64,000 nt of DNA from Infirmifilum sp. (GTDB lineage: Archaea > Thermoproteota > Thermoprotei > Thermofilales > Thermofilaceae). The position numbers and the translations under genes are program-made. The notes under the pieces are model-generated. The model did not search any database. It was not told the origin of the DNA and was given only the letters and a program-made list of their open reading frames with translations. Position 1 is the stretch's first letter, and every line of letters begins with the position of its first letter. This document shows, in pieces, positions 46,664 to 56,051 of the stretch. The stretch lies in NCBI GenBank assembly GCA_041287245.1, contig JBEULP010000003.1, positions 32,001-96,000 on the forward strand, in the 5' to 3' direction.

Positions 46664-48144
46664 TACGTCTTAGAGGAATATATGCTACTGCGCTAGCAGG
46701 GCTGCTCACCGACGCTGGATATGCTTTCAGCGACCTTAGCAATAAGATCCAGGCGCGGATACCCTACGCTCGAGTCTCGGGTTCAGGCGCCAAAGTTACT
46801 ATTAAGGACCTCGAGCACCAGAAAGGCATAGTGATCGTGGGGGAAAGTAGTAGCGTCCTGCACGTGTATAGTCTCATCGCGTCGGTTGTTGGGTCCGAGT
46901 GCTCCATCGTTATCAAGGACGGCCCTTATACCTCATACCGTGCCCGGGTCGCTGAGAGGTTTCGGGAGGGGTATCTCGTTGACTTGCCCGGTGGCAGACG
47001 GGGCTTTATGAGGAGCTCTAAGACGCACAGCATCGGCGACGCGGTAAATGCTCACGTTATACGGCCTGACATCTTCTCGCCTGTCCTCGAGGAGGGGGTT
47101 GCCATCTCCGGCGACTATGTTAGGGTGATCGAGGGTGCGAAGCACTCTGTGAGCGAGCATATTAGAGATCCGGAGCTTATCCTAGAGCTCTTGAGCCTGG
47201 CTTCAAACTATGCGCCTGAGGGATGGGGCGTGCGATTCAGAAGCTCTATTAGGAGCGCTGGAGTTTTAAGCGCGCTTGAAGAGATGAAGAAGCTTTTGGG
47301 GGAAGCCGTGAGTATTAAGAGGCGCGCAGAGCGTGTGTCCGAGCCTGCCGTCCTCATGGAGGGGGAGTCTATAGCGTTTGTTTACTTCTCCCCTACACTT
47401 TTTGCGAGGCTAGACGAGCTGAGGAGGAAGAACCATCCGACGGTTCCCGGACACCACTTGATCAAGTCGCTGGGAAACGAGTCTCTAAGCGCCGAGGTTG
47501 ATGCAATCGAGGAGGGAGTTGAAGGGGGGGCAAAAGACCTCACAGAGCTCTATGTTAACAAACTACAGGAGTTGTTGTCCAGGGGGGTTGTCCGCGTTTT
47601 CCACGAGAAACCCTTCGGCAGAGGATACTCATGGTCTGCGAGTGTAACTGAGGGCATTAACGGCTTTCTTAGACTTGAGAGAAAAATCGAGACGGAGGGC
47701 GTCTATGACGGGCTGAACGTCCCGAAGATGCCTGGGGACCGTATTGTGAGCCTCACATTCCCGTTAAGCAGATTCATCGTTCATCTTTATTTCACTTCAA
47801 GCTACAGCCTTAAGGGGGTCTACGTTAACTTGAATACTCCTTTGGACTTTACCCTTTCGAAGCCAGGTCTGTGGTATCTGGATGTCGCCCTGGATGTTGT
47901 CTGGGTGCCGGGAGAGGGGGGAGCGCGGACTGTTGATCATGCTGAATTCGAGATTCTCAGCGCGAGCGGGCTTTATCCTAACCGCAGGCTTGAGCTGTAC
48001 CGTGAGGCACAGAGGGAGTTGGTGTCTGTGCTGTCAGAGGATGTAGGCAAGCTGGTAGACTCGCCTGATTTTCTTTTAAGCTTGCAGGAAAGGCTATGGG
48101 GCGAGAGGCCGGAAAATATTCTAAGGGGCTTGTGGCTCAGTTAG
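46660..48144 (+). CDS. FAU-1-like RNA-binding protein/ribonuclease (DUF402)
   Basis: IRLRGIYATAL, GWGVRFRS, GHHLIK, GVYDGL, YVNLNTP, YLDVALDVV. Confidence 0.85.
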   Translation: MIRLRGIYATALAGLLTDAGYAFSDLSNKIQARIPYARVSGSGAKVTIKDLEHQKGIVIVGESSSVLHVYSLIASVVGSECSIVIKDGPYTSYRARVAERFREGYLVDLPGGRRGFMRSSKTHSIGDAVNAHVIRPDIFSPVLEEGVAISGDYVRVIEGAKHSVSEHIRDPELILELLSLASNYAPEGWGVRFRSSIRSAGVLSALEEMKKLLGEAVSIKRRAERVSEPAVLMEGESIAFVYFSPTLFARLDELRRKNHPTVPGHHLIKSLGNESLSAEVDAIEEGVEGGAKDLTELYVNKLQELLSRGVVRVFHEKPFGRGYSWSASVTEGINGFLRLERKIETEGVYDGLNVPKMPGDRIVSLTFPLSRFIVHLYFTSSYSLKGVYVNLNTPLDFTLSKPGLWYLDVALDVVWVPGEGGARTVDHAEFEILSASGLYPNRRLELYREAQRELVSVLSEDVGKLVDSPDFLLSLQERLWGERPENILRGLWLS

Positions 48145-48158
48145 ATTAAGGTGGTTCG

Positions 48159-48668
48159 ATGGACGTGCTTTTTGCTCCATGGCGGATGCGATACATTGAA
48201 TACACGAAGATTGAGCGGGACCAGGAGTGTTTTATATGCAAGGGTTATAGGGAGAGAAACGATGAAGACAATCTTGTCGTGTATAAGGGGGAGAGAGTTG
48301 TCGTCTTGATGAATAAGTTCCCATATAACACTGGACACCTCTTAGTTGCTCCCGCACGCCACGTTCCAGACCTTGAATCTCTGACGGATGAAGAGCTCTG
48401 CGTCCTTTTTAAAGCCGTAAAGCTCTCTATCCAAGTCCTTAAGGCTGTATTCAGCCCGGACGGCTTCAACATCGGGATAAACTTGGGTCGGGTGGCTGGG
48501 GCGGGGCTCGAGAGCCACTTGCACGTACACGTCGTTCCGCGTTGGAATGGCGACACGAACTTCATGCCGGTTATAGGGAGTACCAAGGTTATTCCAGAGG
48601 CGCTCCGGGACACTTATCACAGGATAGTGGCTCAGAGTGCCCCGTTGTCCGAGGCTGAAGAGTGTTAG
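48159..48668 (+). CDS. HIT-family nucleotide hydrolase
   Basis: APWRMRYI, NKFPYNTGH, HLHVHVVPRW.GD. Confidence 0.93.
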   Translation: MDVLFAPWRMRYIEYTKIERDQECFICKGYRERNDEDNLVVYKGERVVVLMNKFPYNTGHLLVAPARHVPDLESLTDEELCVLFKAVKLSIQVLKAVFSPDGFNIGINLGRVAGAGLESHLHVHVVPRWNGDTNFMPVIGSTKVIPEALRDTYHRIVAQSAPLSEAEEC

Positions 48669-49933
48669 TGTAGGAAGCCGTAGCCTATTAGCCGCCACCT
48701 TCCGGCTATTTGTCTTGAAAGTGCTACTCGGGCTCCCTTGTCTGCGACTATCGGTATTTTGAGTCGTAGGTGTGCTTCATCGCGTCTCGCGGAGGTGACT
48801 ATTCCCACTGATAGCATTGTGCCGACGTTGATCATGATCACCTCGTTTGGCTTTAGAGGCTCCACCTTTAAGGGCTGCTCAGCACCTACTACACGTTCAA
48901 GTAGGTGGACTTCTATTTGTGCCTCGTATTGCGGCTCTGGAAGCGTCCCGGGCTTTCCCACAACATTGCCTATGAGGTTGTCTGCTTTGGTTATGCTGGG
49001 GTCTAGTTCTGTCCCAATCGCTATGAGCCCCCCGGGGTAAGCCACGTCCAAGGGCTCTACGCCGGATTTGAGGGAGGTTATCTTGGTATAGAGCGGCTCG
49101 TACGACTCCTCGTTACCCTTCTTGACCTTCAAGCCAGGCTTGATCTCTACCTCGTCTCCAACCCTGAATTTGCCTTGAACAATCGTGCCGCCGAGGACGC
49201 CCCCTACGAGGTCGTGAACCCGGGTTCCAGGCTTGTTTACATCAAAGGAACGGGCGACCAGCATGCGCGGCGGTAGAGAGTAGTCACGCTGGGGTATGGG
49301 GACGTATTTCTCGATGGCCCAGACAAGCGCGTCGATGTTCACTTTGTGGAGAGCTGATACGGGAATTATCGGAGCGTTCTCAGCCCACGTGCCCTCTAGG
49401 AAACGTTTTATTTCGTTGTAGCTCTCCTTGACCCTCTCCCTGCTTACCACATCTATCTTGTTTTGCACCACGATAAGCCTCCTCACCCCTATTATGTCTA
49501 GAGCGGTGAAGTGTTCGCGCGTCTGCGGCTGCGGGCACTCCTTAGTTGCGTCGATGACTAGTAGTGCGGCATCCATCATAGCCGACCCTGCAAGCATTAT
49601 GGACATCAGCATCTCATGTCCAGGTACGTCTACAAACGAAACCTTTCTCACATACTCCAGGGGCGTCCCGCAATACTTACACCTCATGTCCTGTGGAACA
49701 TTAGCAGACGTGTAGTATTTCTGTGGAGGCGGGCACTTGGGACACTGGTATATGGCGGTGTCTGCATATCCTATCTTCAATGTAATACCCCGTTTAAGCT
49801 CTTCGGAGTGGTGGGACGCCCATACGCCCGTTAGAGCCTGTATCAGTGTTGTCTTACCGTGGTCAACATGCCCAGCGGTACCGATGTTTACTAGAGGCTG
49901 CCTCTTAAGAGCCTCCGCGAACTCTTGATCCAT
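48665..49933 (-). CDS. eif2g: Translation initiation factor aIF2 gamma
   Basis: GHVDHGKTT, EELKRGITLKIGY, DVPGHE, QPQTREH, RWRLIGYG. Confidence 0.97.
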   Translation of the reverse strand: MDQEFAEALKRQPLVNIGTAGHVDHGKTTLIQALTGVWASHHSEELKRGITLKIGYADTAIYQCPKCPPPQKYYTSANVPQDMRCKYCGTPLEYVRKVSFVDVPGHEMLMSIMLAGSAMMDAALLVIDATKECPQPQTREHFTALDIIGVRRLIVVQNKIDVVSRERVKESYNEIKRFLEGTWAENAPIIPVSALHKVNIDALVWAIEKYVPIPQRDYSLPPRMLVARSFDVNKPGTRVHDLVGGVLGGTIVQGKFRVGDEVEIKPGLKVKKGNEESYEPLYTKITSLKSGVEPLDVAYPGGLIAIGTELDPSITKADNLIGNVVGKPGTLPEPQYEAQIEVHLLERVVGAEQPLKVEPLKPNEVIMINVGTMLSVGIVTSARRDEAHLRLKIPIVADKGARVALSRQIAGRWRLIGYGFLH

Positions 49934-49981
49934 AAAATCCCCTTTTTCAAACAATTTCCAATATAAATAAAACGTTATGCG

Positions 49982-51901
49982 TCACATCCGCTGAGGCGGT
50001 TGAATCCCTAGGAGCTCCATCCCATTGTTCAAAACCTGGGCTACTGCTTTGACCAGTGCTAGCCTCGCCTCCCGCTTACCCTCTGAGGCCTTGAGCACGG
50101 GCGTAGAGTCATAATACCTGTGAAACTCCGCGGCAAGGGTGTTAAGGTATGACGTTAGGAGATCGGGTCTAAGGCTGTCAGCTGCCTCACCTACAACCTC
50201 GGGAAACTCTCCTAGTAATAAAACAACCGTTTTCTCCTCGTCTCCAAGGAGCCTAGCATCTCCCTCTGCCTGAACCCCCTGCTCGGCGGCCTTGCGTAGA
50301 ATACTGAGAGCCCTAACATAGGAATACTGTACGAAGGGGCCGCTGTTCTGCTCAAAGTTTAGTATGCGATCCCATGTGAACGTTATCGTGCGGCTAGGGG
50401 TCTGGCTTAGAATGAAGAACTTTAGCGCCCCTAGACCTATCTTCTCAGCATCCTCCTCTGTGCCTAGACCTCTCCTCCTGATCTCCTCCCGCGCCCTATT
50501 CACAGCCTCCTGTATTATCTCGTCAGCTGTAACATAGACTCCTCTCCTACTGCTCATCCTGGCTCCCGGTAGCACAACCATCTCATAGGCATAGTGCACC
50601 AACCTCATCCCGACGTCCCGATAACCGAGAGCATACAGGGCTAGCCTGAGCTGCGCCTGTGCAAGCGCCTGCTGCGTAGCTATGACATTTATCACCCTAT
50701 CAGAACGGGAAAGCTTCCAGATAGAGTAGGCTATGTCACGAGTTGTGTACAACGTCGTACCGTCAGACCGCTTTAAAGTCAAAGGAGTCACGCTGAACCC
50801 CGGCGGTATCCCGGCGGCTTCTCGTACCTCACCAGACTCGGCGAGTTTATCAGCCCGGAATACAAGCGCGCCGTCCTTCTTCTCGACAAGCCCAGTTTCA
50901 AGAAGCCTTTCTATAACCTCCTCCGCCGCTCCACTCCAAACCGTTATCTCACTCTCCCAGTCCCAGCTGTCAAAGCTTATCCCCAGCCTATCAAGCGTCT
51001 GTTTTATCCCGTTGAGACAAGTATTAATCGTGTCACGCGTAAGCCTCGTAGCCCAAGGCTCTCCCTCCTCATAAGCTCTGTTTATCCTCCTAATCTCCCC
51101 CTCGGGGTCCTCAGCCTCCCGCACTAACCTGGCAAGCTCTTCAAATACCTTGGGATACCTTTCACTGTATTCCTCTAGCTTAGACACGTACTCGTCGATT
51201 TTACTGTTTAGCTCCGACACCTTATGGGGGTCCTGCTCCCGCGCCACCTCCTGCTTCAGCCTCTTTATCTCGACTAGGAGATTAACGATTGTATACACAG
51301 CCCCCACGAAATAATCGGGTTTCTCACCGCCCAGGAAGCTCTTAACACGGCTAAAACCGTAAGTGGCATATGCGACCTGTAGACCCACGTCGTCAACGTA
51401 AAAGTGCGCGCTGACGGAATGACCCCTAGCTTTCAACAGCCTCACTAGGGACTCTCCTATGATCCCATTCCTTAGGTGACCCACGTGGAGAGGATGTATC
51501 GGGTTAGCACTGACAAACTCGACTATTACCTTCTCTCTGCCCTCCCCCGACACGTAGCCATACCTTGAGCCTAGCTCTTGAACCGAGCCTAACACGATAG
51601 GGGCATACTCCCTAATATTAACCTCAAGGTTTAGGAAGTCGTTGACTATACCTCTAGGCGTCACCAGGGAATCAGATACCTTCTGCAATGCGGTTTCAAG
51701 GCGGGCGCGGACATCCTCAGGCTTTAAGCCAGACGCCCTGTAGAGCCTGAAAAGAGGGAGAGAAATATCCCCGTACTGCTTCAAGGCACGCCTAACCTCA
51801 ACTAGACCTAGATCTATGTCTAGCCCCGCTTCGCCCGCTACCCTCTTAAAATACTCTACAGTCCTGTGCCTGAGAAACTTGAAAGGGGACTCGACGGCCA
51901 T
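49982..51901 (-). CDS. argS: Arginyl-tRNA synthetase
   Basis: EFVSANPIHPLHVGHLRN, RSDGTTLY, MSSRRG, QYSYVR, PQRM. Confidence 0.97.
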   Translation of the reverse strand: MAVESPFKFLRHRTVEYFKRVAGEAGLDIDLGLVEVRRALKQYGDISLPLFRLYRASGLKPEDVRARLETALQKVSDSLVTPRGIVNDFLNLEVNIREYAPIVLGSVQELGSRYGYVSGEGREKVIVEFVSANPIHPLHVGHLRNGIIGESLVRLLKARGHSVSAHFYVDDVGLQVAYATYGFSRVKSFLGGEKPDYFVGAVYTIVNLLVEIKRLKQEVAREQDPHKVSELNSKIDEYVSKLEEYSERYPKVFEELARLVREAEDPEGEIRRINRAYEEGEPWATRLTRDTINTCLNGIKQTLDRLGISFDSWDWESEITVWSGAAEEVIERLLETGLVEKKDGALVFRADKLAESGEVREAAGIPPGFSVTPLTLKRSDGTTLYTTRDIAYSIWKLSRSDRVINVIATQQALAQAQLRLALYALGYRDVGMRLVHYAYEMVVLPGARMSSRRGVYVTADEIIQEAVNRAREEIRRRGLGTEEDAEKIGLGALKFFILSQTPSRTITFTWDRILNFEQNSGPFVQYSYVRALSILRKAAEQGVQAEGDARLLGDEEKTVVLLLGEFPEVVGEAADSLRPDLLTSYLNTLAAEFHRYYDSTPVLKASEGKREARLALVKAVAQVLNNGMELLGIQPPQRM

Positions 51902-52007
51902 ATCAAACCTTGCCTATAAACCCTCACACGCTTTAAAAGCATTGAGCCTAAGAGACCCTTAGGCGCGCGAAAAAACTTTTAACCCAACCGCTCAACTAAC
52001 TCAGAGG

Positions 52008-52110
52008 GGGCCCGTAGTCTAGTGGTGAGGATGCCGCCCTTACAAGACGTATAAGGGTGGGGTTCGTCTGAGAACGGCGGTGGTCCCGGGTTCGAATCCC
52101 GGCGGGCCCA
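52008..52110 (+). tRNA. tRNA-Val(TAC), 30-nt intron at 37/38 (52045-52074)
   Basis: Strict BHB: CTTA/TGAG helix, bulges CA^A and AA^C, outer helix GACG/CGTC. Confidence 0.93.
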
Positions 52111-52132
52111 TGGTTTTACGCGAGAAAACAGG

Positions 52133-52189
52133 GGGCTCAGCGGGGTTCGACTCATCACTCTCAGCCCTCGCAATTGATCATCACAGCCC
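52133..52189 (-). ncRNA. Box C/D sRNA with four consensus boxes; predicted tRNA-Ala(CGC) guide
   Basis: GGGCT-GTGATGA-tcaattgcgaggg-CTGA-ga-GTGATGA-gtcgaaccccg-CTGA-GCCC; TTTTTAT promoter about 52212-52218. Confidence 0.93.
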
Positions 52190-52233
52190 ATTAGAGAGAA
52201 ACAATGCCAGGATAAAAACTTAGGTTGACTCCT

Positions 52234-52860
52234 CTAGGCGTTGCTTCTAGCCTTTAAGCTTTTTAAAGCGTTTCTCGACACCGAGACCGTCATGTTTACG
52301 CTGTTCACCCAAATGGGAAGCACCCTTTTTTCAAGCACCCCGGCTACGTAGTCAAGAGTATGCGGAGAGTAATAGAAGTTGACCTGGACTGACACGCCCT
52401 CCTTTTCCAGAATGTTCTCCAACACCTCCCTGACTCCTTCCGGCATTTCTCTCGGATCACAAGCAACAAGGTTTCCACTGGCCACCGTATCTAACCTGTG
52501 AACCCAAACATCGGCTACATAGCCGTTGAACAACTCTCCAGGAGAGCTGAGATAGGCGGGGATTTTAAGAAGAACATATTCAACCTCGCCGCCTGGCTTA
52601 ATTGTAGCGACCTCGCCGCAGTCAGCGGTATAGCGGCGCAGGCATAACGTATAGCCTCCTGAGATTTTCACAACGGGGATTACTCTGAAGAAGGCTTTCC
52701 GGTCCTCGTAGCGCACGACAACTCCCCTATCACTGGTCTTCGCAGGATCAATAGGGAGCCCGAGCAGGGATACCCGGTAAAGAGCCTCCAAGGCTATGTC
52801 GGCAAGCGCCTTGCCGATCAGAGCCTCGACTTCGCGGGCGATAGTGACTTCCTGGTGCAT
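52234..52860 (-). CDS. Hypothetical protein
   Basis: 208-aa ORF with AGGTGT SD-like element upstream. Confidence 0.65.
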   Translation of the reverse strand: MHQEVTIAREVEALIGKALADIALEALYRVSLLGLPIDPAKTSDRGVVVRYEDRKAFFRVIPVVKISGGYTLCLRRYTADCGEVATIKPGGEVEYVLLKIPAYLSSPGELFNGYVADVWVHRLDTVASGNLVACDPREMPEGVREVLENILEKEGVSVQVNFYYSPHTLDYVAGVLEKRVLPIWVNSVNMTVSVSRNALKSLKARSNA

Positions 52861-52912
52861 AACACACCTTGATTTCCTGAAGCAACCGGCCCCCTTATGT
52901 TACTTTCGCGCT

Positions 52913-53782
52913 TTAGACACGTACGGCGAGAAGCCCGTATCCTTTTTCAACTCTTTTTACAACAAAACCTGCTTTCCTCAGCCTCTCTGCAACCCCTCTT
53001 TGAATATCTAATCCCCGGTGTTTTCCGGGAGAGCCCGTGTAGTGGAAGAGCCTCCCGCGCTTTTTGAGAATACGTGCAAGCTTTACGTAGAACTCGGTAC
53101 TGTACAGCTTTGGAGCAAAGGCGAAAACCGGCGGGTCGTGGAGTATGAAGTCGAAGCCCTCCTCGGGAAAAACGTCGATAACCTGGAGAGCGTCGCCCAA
53201 AAGTATTTCTACCCTGCTGAGCTCCCTTGAGAACGGGTTGTGCTCTGCTATTCTGAGGACGTTCAGGTCAGCCTCTATGGTGATTATACTAGCCCCTCTT
53301 CTATACGCTTCCGTCGCAGTGTATCCAAGTCCCGTGCATATGTCTAGCCCTTTCTCACCCCTCCGGACGGCCAGCATGTCCACCTTGCGCTTCGCGTCGC
53401 GATCAGGCGTCGTCCCGGAAATGTTGTGCATGTGTATACCGTCTATCTCTACGGTGGGCGGAGTCCTCTCCCCGAGGTAGCGTAACTTGTAATAGTGTTT
53501 GTCTCTAATCTCTACCAGGTAAGGTTCCCCCAAATCCGGGATAAACAACAACCTATCCGTTTCCACGATTTTTTCCAGCAACCTTGCATCAACAATCCTA
53601 TCACCCTCTTCAAGCAAGAACACCACGCCGCCACCGGCGTCCCGCATAACCTCCACTTGCCTCAAGCCGAAATCGACGGGAACATCTCCGCGAGTTAGAC
53701 CTAGAGTCACGCGCGCCGTGTATGGAGTGACAACGATGCCTCTCTTAGGAGAGAAAACATACTTCTCAACCAACGGAAACAC
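52913..53782 (-). CDS. Archaeal class I SAM-dependent methyltransferase (COG2521-like)
   Basis: PTVEIDGIHMH, LDICTGLGYTA, ILHDPP, HYTGSPG; start trimmed to GTG 53782. Confidence 0.85.
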   Translation of the reverse strand: MFPLVEKYVFSPKRGIVVTPYTARVTLGLTRGDVPVDFGLRQVEVMRDAGGGVVFLLEEGDRIVDARLLEKIVETDRLLFIPDLGEPYLVEIRDKHYYKLRYLGERTPPTVEIDGIHMHNISGTTPDRDAKRKVDMLAVRRGEKGLDICTGLGYTATEAYRRGASIITIEADLNVLRIAEHNPFSRELSRVEILLGDALQVIDVFPEEGFDFILHDPPVFAFAPKLYSTEFYVKLARILKKRGRLFHYTGSPGKHRGLDIQRGVAERLRKAGFVVKRVEKGYGLLAVRV

Positions 53783-53846
53783 CTGTAATCGAAGAGTCGG
53801 TATTATAGAAAAAGTTATTATGCCCTTCTGTATCAAGTTTTTTCAG

Positions 53847-53953
53847 GCGGGGGTGCCCGAGCTAGGTCAAAGGGGGCGGACTGAGGACGCGCCACATGCG
53901 TGTTAGAGCTCCGCTGGCGTCGGCCTGCCCGGGTTCGAATCCCGGCCCCCGCA
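53847..53953 (+). tRNA. tRNA-Leu(GAG), 22-nt intron at 37/38 (53887-53908)
   Basis: BHB with CTGA/TTAG helix; long variable arm. Confidence 0.93.
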
Positions 53954-54040
53954 CTACCTTTTACGGGGGATTGGGGGCTTATAGGCGCGCGAGCTCTTTT
54001 TATAGTTGGGGTGGTGTTTTCTCCGTAGAGGTGTTGAGAT

Positions 54041-54613
54041 TTGGGCTCTCAGGGTCGTGTTCCCGTACCCGTCGACCCGGATCGGATAGGACTGATTGTC
54101 GGACGTGACGGTTCTAATAAACGTAGGGTAGAGGAGGCTTTCAAGGTAAAGGTTTACGTGGACGGCGAAAAAGGGTTTGTTTTCATAGAGCCGAGTGAGG
54201 GAGCGACGATGTATGACGTGTTCAAGGCTAAGAAGGCTGTTGAGGCTCTAGCCTTGGGCTTCACTATAGACGATGTCCTCCTACTTGCAGAAGATGTATA
54301 CGACTTCGAGGTTGTTGACTTGAGTGATGTTACGAGAAGCCAAGCAGACCTTGTGAGAGTGAAGTCAAGGATCATAGGGTCGGAGGGGAAGTTCCGTAAG
54401 ACTTTGGAGGAGATCACTGGGGTAAAAACGGTTATCGGGGACAAGGTTGTCGGTTTAATCGGTGACTACGAGCAGCTAAAGCTTGCGAAAGACGCTATCT
54501 CACGGCTTGTAAGAGGCCAGTCACACCAAACGGTTATCAAGTTTCTGGAGCGTGAGAGCTATGGATTGCGGCGTCGCAGACTTGACCTTTGGGAGAAAAT
54601 CAATCAGGTCTGA
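54041..54613 (+). CDS. KH-domain ribosome biogenesis protein (Dim2/Pno1-Krr1 family)
   Basis: RIGLIVGRDG, RIIGSEGK.RKTLEE; adjacent to rio1. Confidence 0.9.
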   Translation: MGSQGRVPVPVDPDRIGLIVGRDGSNKRRVEEAFKVKVYVDGEKGFVFIEPSEGATMYDVFKAKKAVEALALGFTIDDVLLLAEDVYDFEVVDLSDVTRSQADLVRVKSRIIGSEGKFRKTLEEITGVKTVIGDKVVGLIGDYEQLKLAKDAISRLVRGQSHQTVIKFLERESYGLRRRRLDLWEKINQV

Positions 54614-54615
54614 AT

Positions 54616-55368
54616 ATGCCGAAGGAACGGATTGAGAAGGACTCGGAGCTTAAAGAGGTTCTCGAAGACGTATTTGATTATCGCACCGTTATGGCTGTAT
54701 ACCGCCTTATGAATAGAGGGGTTTTGAAGAAACTCTACGGGACTGTGTCGACTGGAAAAGAGGCTCGTGTCTACTGGGGGAAGACTCCCAGGGATGAGGA
54801 TGTTGCTGTGAAAATTTACCTTGTGTGGACTTCGGAGTTCAGAAAAAACAGGTTGAAGTACATTGTGGGTGACCCTCGTTTCGAAAATATAACGCGAGAT
54901 CCTATTAAATTCATTAGTCTTTGGTGTAGGAAGGAGTTCCGCAACCTCAAGAGGGCTCATTCCGTAGGACTTCCTGTACCCCGTCCAATAGCTTTTGAAG
55001 AGAATATCCTTGTGATGGAGTTTTTAGGGGAGAGGGGACTCCCATACCCACTCTTAAAGAATATTTCCCCCAAGAACCCCGACAAGATCTTCCAGGATGT
55101 GAAAAGATTCATATGGAGACTGTACACGGAGGCTGAGCTCGTGCACGCGGACCTCTCGGAGTATAACGTCATGTTGAAGGGTGACGATCAAATTATAGTG
55201 ATAGATTTTGGGTCTGCTGTTCTAAGGTCACACCCGAACGCGGTGGATTTCCTACGAAGCGACGTTGAAAACATATACAGGTTCTTCCAGAAGCTTGGAG
55301 TGGAAACAGGGCCGCCTGAAGAGTTTATAGAAAGCCTCCTTAACTCTGATGAGCCGGCCCAGGGTTAG
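54616..55368 (+). CDS. rio1: Rio1 kinase
   Basis: STGKEARVY, AVKIY, KEFRNL, VHADLSEYN, IDFG. Confidence 0.95.
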   Translation: MPKERIEKDSELKEVLEDVFDYRTVMAVYRLMNRGVLKKLYGTVSTGKEARVYWGKTPRDEDVAVKIYLVWTSEFRKNRLKYIVGDPRFENITRDPIKFISLWCRKEFRNLKRAHSVGLPVPRPIAFEENILVMEFLGERGLPYPLLKNISPKNPDKIFQDVKRFIWRLYTEAELVHADLSEYNVMLKGDDQIIVIDFGSAVLRSHPNAVDFLRSDVENIYRFFQKLGVETGPPEEFIESLLNSDEPAQG

Positions 55369-56051
55369 CGCGTGCGTCTCGACGCGACGTATCGTCCTCT
55401 GAGCCTTATCTCCCGCATTTTCTCCAGCACCTTGTTAGTCATTGCATCGCCTGCCTTTTTCCTGTAACCCTCTACAAAACACTGGAAAAGGCTGTCAGCG
55501 AGTCTTGGATGTGAGCTTTCAAGTACGCGGAGCAAGAGGTGGATCTCCGTGCCTCTGTCCTCATCTCTCTGGGAGAAGAAACCTAGTCCGAAGTCGATGA
55601 GCCAGATGTGGCCACCACTTACTAGGAAGTTGCTTGTGGTGAGGTCTCCGTGGATTATACCGTTTAGATGAAGTGTGGCAACCATGTAGCCTGTCTCTTC
55701 CATCAACGGGCACACGAGCTCCTTATCGCCTCTATCGATGAGTTCCTTTATTTTCAAGCCCGGGACAAAAGACATTATTATCACTCCGCTCTCAGCGCTA
55801 AAAAACACTATGCTAGGCACCCTCAGGCCTAGAACACCTGCCTTCGCCATTAAATGCGCCTCAAGGCTTGTCCTACTCCGACGCAACTTAAGGTCAAGCG
55901 CCGGGTCACGGTAAGGCTTTGGTACTCTGCACTTAGCTATCACATCCTCTCCTGAGAGTATTCCGCGTATAAGAATAGCCTCAGCCCCTACAGCCACCTC
56001 TTCAAGCTGAGACAGTCCGTAGCCCTCGAGAACCCGTGTCACTTTCTCCAT
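55365..56051 (-). CDS. bud32: KEOPS kinase Bud32
   Basis: GAEA, KPYRDP.LD, HGDLTTSN, IDFGL, IRLRGRY. Confidence 0.95.
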   Translation of the reverse strand: MEKVTRVLEGYGLSQLEEVAVGAEAILIRGILSGEDVIAKCRVPKPYRDPALDLKLRRSRTSLEAHLMAKAGVLGLRVPSIVFFSAESGVIIMSFVPGLKIKELIDRGDKELVCPLMEETGYMVATLHLNGIIHGDLTTSNFLVSGGHIWLIDFGLGFFSQRDEDRGTEIHLLLRVLESSHPRLADSLFQCFVEGYRKKAGDAMTNKVLEKMREIRLRGRYVASRRTR

